From positions 928,001-992,000 of the forward strand of contig OZ220744.1 of NCBI GenBank assembly GCA_965116925.1: a DNA stretch of 64,000 nucleotides, written 5' to 3'. Positions 60,088 to 64,000 of the stretch are shown piece by piece; position 1 is the stretch's first letter; every line of letters starts with the position of its first letter. The position numbers and the translations under genes were made by a program. The DNA comes from Candidatus Poribacteria bacterium. Lineage in GTDB: Bacteria > Poribacteria > WGA-4E > PCPOR2b. The notes under the pieces are model-generated. The model saw only the letters and a program-made list of their open reading frames with translations, was not told the DNA's origin and did no database searches.

Positions 60088-61095
60088 ATGTCAAACGTCA
60101 ATCGAAAATTTACTTTAGCCGCAAGGCCCGTTGGCTATCCAAAGCCATCAGATTTTGACCTAGTGACCGAACCCATTCCAACTCCCAATGATGGGGAGGT
60201 ACTTGTACGCACCAATTACCTGTCTGTAGACCCATATATGCGTGGACGGATGAACGATAGAGCCTCCTACGCCCCAAATGTACAGATCGGTGAGGCGATG
60301 GTCGGCAGCGTTGTCGGCGAAGTTGTTGCTTCCAAAAACCCAGACTTTCAGGTGGGAGATATCGCTACAGGCGGGCTGGGTTGGCAGGAGTATGGCGTAT
60401 CTGATGGGGGCAATCTCCGGAAAGTGGATCCAACCCTCGCTCCCATATCGACATCTCTGGGGATTCTCGGTATGCCGGGCCTGACGGCGTACTTCGGCTT
60501 GTTAGACATCTGCAACCCACAGCTGGGAGAAACGGTTTTCGTGTCGGCAGCGGCGGGAGCGGTCGGTTCTTTGGTGGGACAGATTGCCAAGATAAAAGGT
60601 TGCCGCGCCGTAGGCAGTGCCGGCAGCGACGAGAAGGTGGATTATGTCGTGGACGAACTCGGCTTTGATGCCGCGTTTAATTACAAGACAACCGAGGATT
60701 ACGGCGCAAAGCTAGCCGAGCAGTGTCCGGACGGAATTGACGCTTATTTCGATAACGTCGGTGGTGCGATTACCGATGCCGTCTTTCCCCTGATCAACGT
60801 GAAAGCACGGGTGTCGATCTGCGGTCAGATTTCTCAGTATAATCTGGAAAACCCGGAACAGGGACCGCGTTTCCTGTGGCATCTCATCGTCAAACGGGCA
60901 AAGATCGAAGGATTCCTTGTCTTTGAATTTGCGGACAAACATGACGATGGGCTTCGGCAGATGGCGGAGTGGATTCAGGCTGGAAAGTTGAAGTACAGAG
61001 AGGAAGTAACAGAAGGCTTTGAGAACGCCCCCGCCGCATTCATCGGGATGTTGAAGGGAAGCAATATCGGCAAGCAGCTAGTCAAAGTTACTTGA
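60088..61095 (+). CDS. NADP-dependent oxidoreductase (CurA/YncB, prostaglandin reductase-like)
   Basis: YLSVDPYMRGRM, GMPGLTAYFG, SAAAGAVGS, YFDNVGG and CGQISQY. Confidence 0.9.
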   Translation: MSNVNRKFTLAARPVGYPKPSDFDLVTEPIPTPNDGEVLVRTNYLSVDPYMRGRMNDRASYAPNVQIGEAMVGSVVGEVVASKNPDFQVGDIATGGLGWQEYGVSDGGNLRKVDPTLAPISTSLGILGMPGLTAYFGLLDICNPQLGETVFVSAAAGAVGSLVGQIAKIKGCRAVGSAGSDEKVDYVVDELGFDAAFNYKTTEDYGAKLAEQCPDGIDAYFDNVGGAITDAVFPLINVKARVSICGQISQYNLENPEQGPRFLWHLIVKRAKIEGFLVFEFADKHDDGLRQMAEWIQAGKLKYREEVTEGFENAPAAFIGMLKGSNIGKQLVKVT

Positions 61096-61191
61096 TTAAC
61101 CCAATACGTATTACGTTTCACGTTTCACGATTCAAGCAGACATCGAAACAACAGGTAGTAACTCACGCGAATTAGGAGAGGAATCAATAAC

Positions 61192-62244
61192 ATGTCAGAC
61201 AAATATCGTGTCGGAATTATCGGTTGCGGCGGCATTGCGAGGCTGCATGCACTGGGTTATCAAGGTGTCGAGGAGGTCGAAATCGTCGCTATTGCTGATC
61301 CCGTTGAAGAAGCGCTAAACGATTTTGGGGAAAACTACAACATCCAGACGCGCTACCTCGATCCCCGCGAGATGCTCGACAAAGAGAATCTCGACATCGT
61401 GAGCGTTGCAACATGGCACAGGCTCCACGCCCCCATGACAATCGCCGCTTGCGCCCGGAAGCCGAAGGCGGTTCTTTGCGAGAAGCCGATGGGGATTAAC
61501 CTCGGTGAGTGTGACGAGATGCTGATTGCAGCACAGCGAAACAACGTCAAGGTTGCGATCGCGCATCAACGCCGATTCAACCCGGTCTGGACAGATGCCC
61601 GTCAATTAATTGCCAACGGTGCAATAGGGGAACCACGTCAAATTGTGTGCAAAGGCGGTCAGGGTCTTCTGAACGACTGCTCACATCTGTTCGACATGAT
61701 GCGCTATGTCCTCGGCGATCCGGACGCAGAATGGGTTATGGGTAACGTTGAACGTAAGACCGAACGCTACGAACGCGATATACCGATTGAAGATCGGAGC
61801 GCAGGAATTATAGGATTCCAAGGGGGCTGCATCGGACTGCTGCTTCAGGAGATCGCCGGTCCCAACTATCAAGGTGGAATTATCTACGGTTCCGATGGTA
61901 TTATAGATCTGACCGAACAGCGAGCCCTCCTGCTCAACAGCAAACGAGCGGAATGGGAAGACCGTCGAGCAGAGGGAGAGAATCCTTCCGTGGCGCAGGT
62001 GCAGGAACTAGTATCGTGGATTGAAGGGCGAAGTGGGCATCGTGGCGAAGCGATACACGGACGCGCCGCCGTGGAGATTATCATGGCGATCTACGACTCC
62101 GCACGACGACACGAAGTGGTGCAGATGCCAGTTCGGACCCACGCTTCACCGCTTGAGGTGATGATTGAGAACGGCGACTTGCCGGTTGAACATCCGGGCA
62201 GATATGACATCCGCGCAATGTTACTTCGCGGAGAGTCAATGTAG
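61192..62244 (+). CDS. Gfo/Idh/MocA oxidoreductase
   Basis: IIGCGGIA, LCEKPM and HQRRF. Confidence 0.9.
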   Translation: MSDKYRVGIIGCGGIARLHALGYQGVEEVEIVAIADPVEEALNDFGENYNIQTRYLDPREMLDKENLDIVSVATWHRLHAPMTIAACARKPKAVLCEKPMGINLGECDEMLIAAQRNNVKVAIAHQRRFNPVWTDARQLIANGAIGEPRQIVCKGGQGLLNDCSHLFDMMRYVLGDPDAEWVMGNVERKTERYERDIPIEDRSAGIIGFQGGCIGLLLQEIAGPNYQGGIIYGSDGIIDLTEQRALLLNSKRAEWEDRRAEGENPSVAQVQELVSWIEGRSGHRGEAIHGRAAVEIIMAIYDSARRHEVVQMPVRTHASPLEVMIENGDLPVEHPGRYDIRAMLLRGESM

Positions 62245-62265
62245 CAATGAGGCGGTGTGGTTAAC

Positions 62266-63474
62266 ATGAAAAAGGGATTATCAACTTCAAAACCGATGCT
62301 TTCGCACAAATCGACCCTGTTCACCGAATCGGTCATCCGGGGCATGACGCAGCTCTGCAACCGCTATGATGCAATTAACCTGTCGCAAGGGACACCCGGA
62401 TTTGAACCGCCCGACGAGGTCAAGGAAGCCGCTATTGATGCCATCCGCGAAGGATACAATCAGTACAGCATCACTTGGGGAACGCCGAGATTCCGCGAGG
62501 CGATTGCTCGCAAGGTTACAGCGTTTAACGGCATCCCAACGGATCCGGATCTCAACGTTACCGTCACCTGCGGCTCAACGGAGGGCATGATGTCGTCGCT
62601 GTTAGCGATTATCAACCCCGGCGATGAAATCGTAATCTTTGAGCCGTTCTATGAGAACTACGGTCCCGATACAATCATCTCTGGTGCAACACCCATCTAT
62701 GTGCCGCTGCGAGAGACACGCTGCCCGGAAAGAGGCGATATTTTCACCTATGACCCCGATGAGCTGCGAAACGCTTTTAGCCAGAACACGAAGGCCATTG
62801 TTTTGAATACGCCTAGCAATCCGATCGGGAAAGTGTTCACACATGATGAATTGAAAGAGATCGCTGCGCTCTGCTGTGAATTTGACAGTCTCGCTGTGAC
62901 GGACGAGATCTATGAACACATGATCTACGATGAACGTCCACATATCAGCATCGGTTCTCTGCCGGAGATGCGCGATCGAACAATCACCGTTTCGGGATTG
63001 AGCAAAACGTACTCGATGACCGGCTGGCGACTCGGCTACGTGATTGCGCCCGAATATCTGGCAAACGCCATCCGTAAGATGCACGATTTCTTGACAGTTG
63101 GGGCACCACACCCGTTGCAGCAGGCGGGGGTGGTTGCCCTGCAATTGGGGAAGGAGTATTATAGGAAACTGGTCAAAAAATATGATGATAATCGGAAACT
63201 GTTTTCCACCCTGTTGCGGAAGGCGGGGTTTCAGTGTTATATCCCCGAAGGCGCGTACTACATCATGACCGACATCAGCAATTTCGGCTTTTCGGATGAT
63301 ACCGAATTTGCCCACTGGCTTGTGAAGGAGATGGGTGTCGGTGGGGTGCCGGGATCGAGTTTCTATAGCCGTCCGGAACTCGGTAAAACCAAACTGCGAT
63401 TTATGTTCAGCAAGGACGAGGCAACATTACGTGAGGCAGCTGATCGATTGATGCGAATTGGCGAGAAAATTTAG
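62266..63474 (+). CDS. PLP-dependent aminotransferase class I/II
   Basis: INLSQG, NTPSNPIGKV, TDEIYE, SKTYSMTGWRLG and PGSSF. Confidence 0.92.
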   Translation: MKKGLSTSKPMLSHKSTLFTESVIRGMTQLCNRYDAINLSQGTPGFEPPDEVKEAAIDAIREGYNQYSITWGTPRFREAIARKVTAFNGIPTDPDLNVTVTCGSTEGMMSSLLAIINPGDEIVIFEPFYENYGPDTIISGATPIYVPLRETRCPERGDIFTYDPDELRNAFSQNTKAIVLNTPSNPIGKVFTHDELKEIAALCCEFDSLAVTDEIYEHMIYDERPHISIGSLPEMRDRTITVSGLSKTYSMTGWRLGYVIAPEYLANAIRKMHDFLTVGAPHPLQQAGVVALQLGKEYYRKLVKKYDDNRKLFSTLLRKAGFQCYIPEGAYYIMTDISNFGFSDDTEFAHWLVKEMGVGGVPGSSFYSRPELGKTKLRFMFSKDEATLREAADRLMRIGEKI

Positions 63475-63495
63475 CCTTCAAATGGAGAGAGTTAG

Positions 63496-64000
63496 ATGCA
63501 GCCCCGCATCGCCGGTTACGATTTTGCACGATCTCTTGCGTTATTTGGACTAGTGGCTGCAAATTTTATCTCAGGTGTTAAAATAGCTGAGTACGGATTG
63601 TACTACGTTAGCCACGCACTGCTACACTCCCTTATGCGAAGCGGAGCTGTTGCAACCTTCTTGGTGCTGGGTGGAGTCGGTATATCGCTCCTGACACAAC
63701 AGGTCCGAGCAACAAACGATGCACATCGAATCGTAGATAATCGAAAGCGATTGATAAGACGCGCTGCGTCCTTATTAGCAGTTGGAATTGGTTGTAGCCT
63801 AATTTGGAACACAAATTTTCTATGCTTCTACAGTGTTTGTATTATTATTGGTGTGCTGCTGCTGACAGTTTCCAATCGTTGGTTATGGTTACTCACCTTC
63901 GTTTTCGTTGCAGTCTTTGTTGTATTCATATCTTTAATTTATGGCTATTTTGACTATTACGATGTCATTCGGAATTGGAAAACGTTTCAGGATAGTGACG
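63496..64000 (+). CDS. DUF418/HGSNAT-like membrane protein, 3' end outside window
   Basis: MQPRIAGYDFARSLALFG...ATFLVLGGVGISL...LIRRA. The frame is open to the window end and is absent from the ORF track. Confidence 0.7.
   Translation, partial: MQPRIAGYDFARSLALFGLVAANFISGVKIAEYGLYYVSHALLHSLMRSGAVATFLVLGGVGISLLTQQVRATNDAHRIVDNRKRLIRRAASLLAVGIGCSLIWNTNFLCFYSVCIIIGVLLLTVSNRWLWLLTFVFVAVFVVFISLIYGYFDYYDVIRNWKTFQDSD

Noticed and set aside
62602..63315. Long antisense and overlapping ORFs (this one, 25190-25744, 45206-45763 and others)
   Set aside because: They shadow well-supported genes on the opposite strand and have no motifs or RBS.

Overview
Bacterial chromosomal segment of about 50% GC by eye. 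Four PhyH-family dioxygenases, sugar-acid catabolic enzymes, TPR proteins, a TonB-dependent receptor and a Uma2 remnant suggest a Candidatus Poribacteria-like genome (inference only). Coding content includes a type III restriction-modification pair followed by an FRG-TPR gene, a five-gene catabolic cluster, an interrupted MoxR/ABC/BatA-vWA/vWA/DUF58 cluster, many oxidoreductases, ogt and a Fur-family regulator. There are three disrupted genes: an FRG gene, a Uma2 gene and a small frameshifted ORF. I found no rRNA, tRNA, CRISPR array, transposase or integrase. The most striking signal is intergenic. At least four families of short terminal-inverted-repeat (TIR) shells enclose exchangeable REP-like hairpin cargo. 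One family inserts at the centre of GTT..AAC hairpins while carrying such a hairpin itself, producing nested elements. Other highlights are a ~70-aa module shared by two unrelated proteins, a palindrome-bounded 4-kb insertion in the MoxR cluster, and a sigma-54-type promoter with tandem upstream sites. All calls come from reading motifs by eye; no database searches were run.
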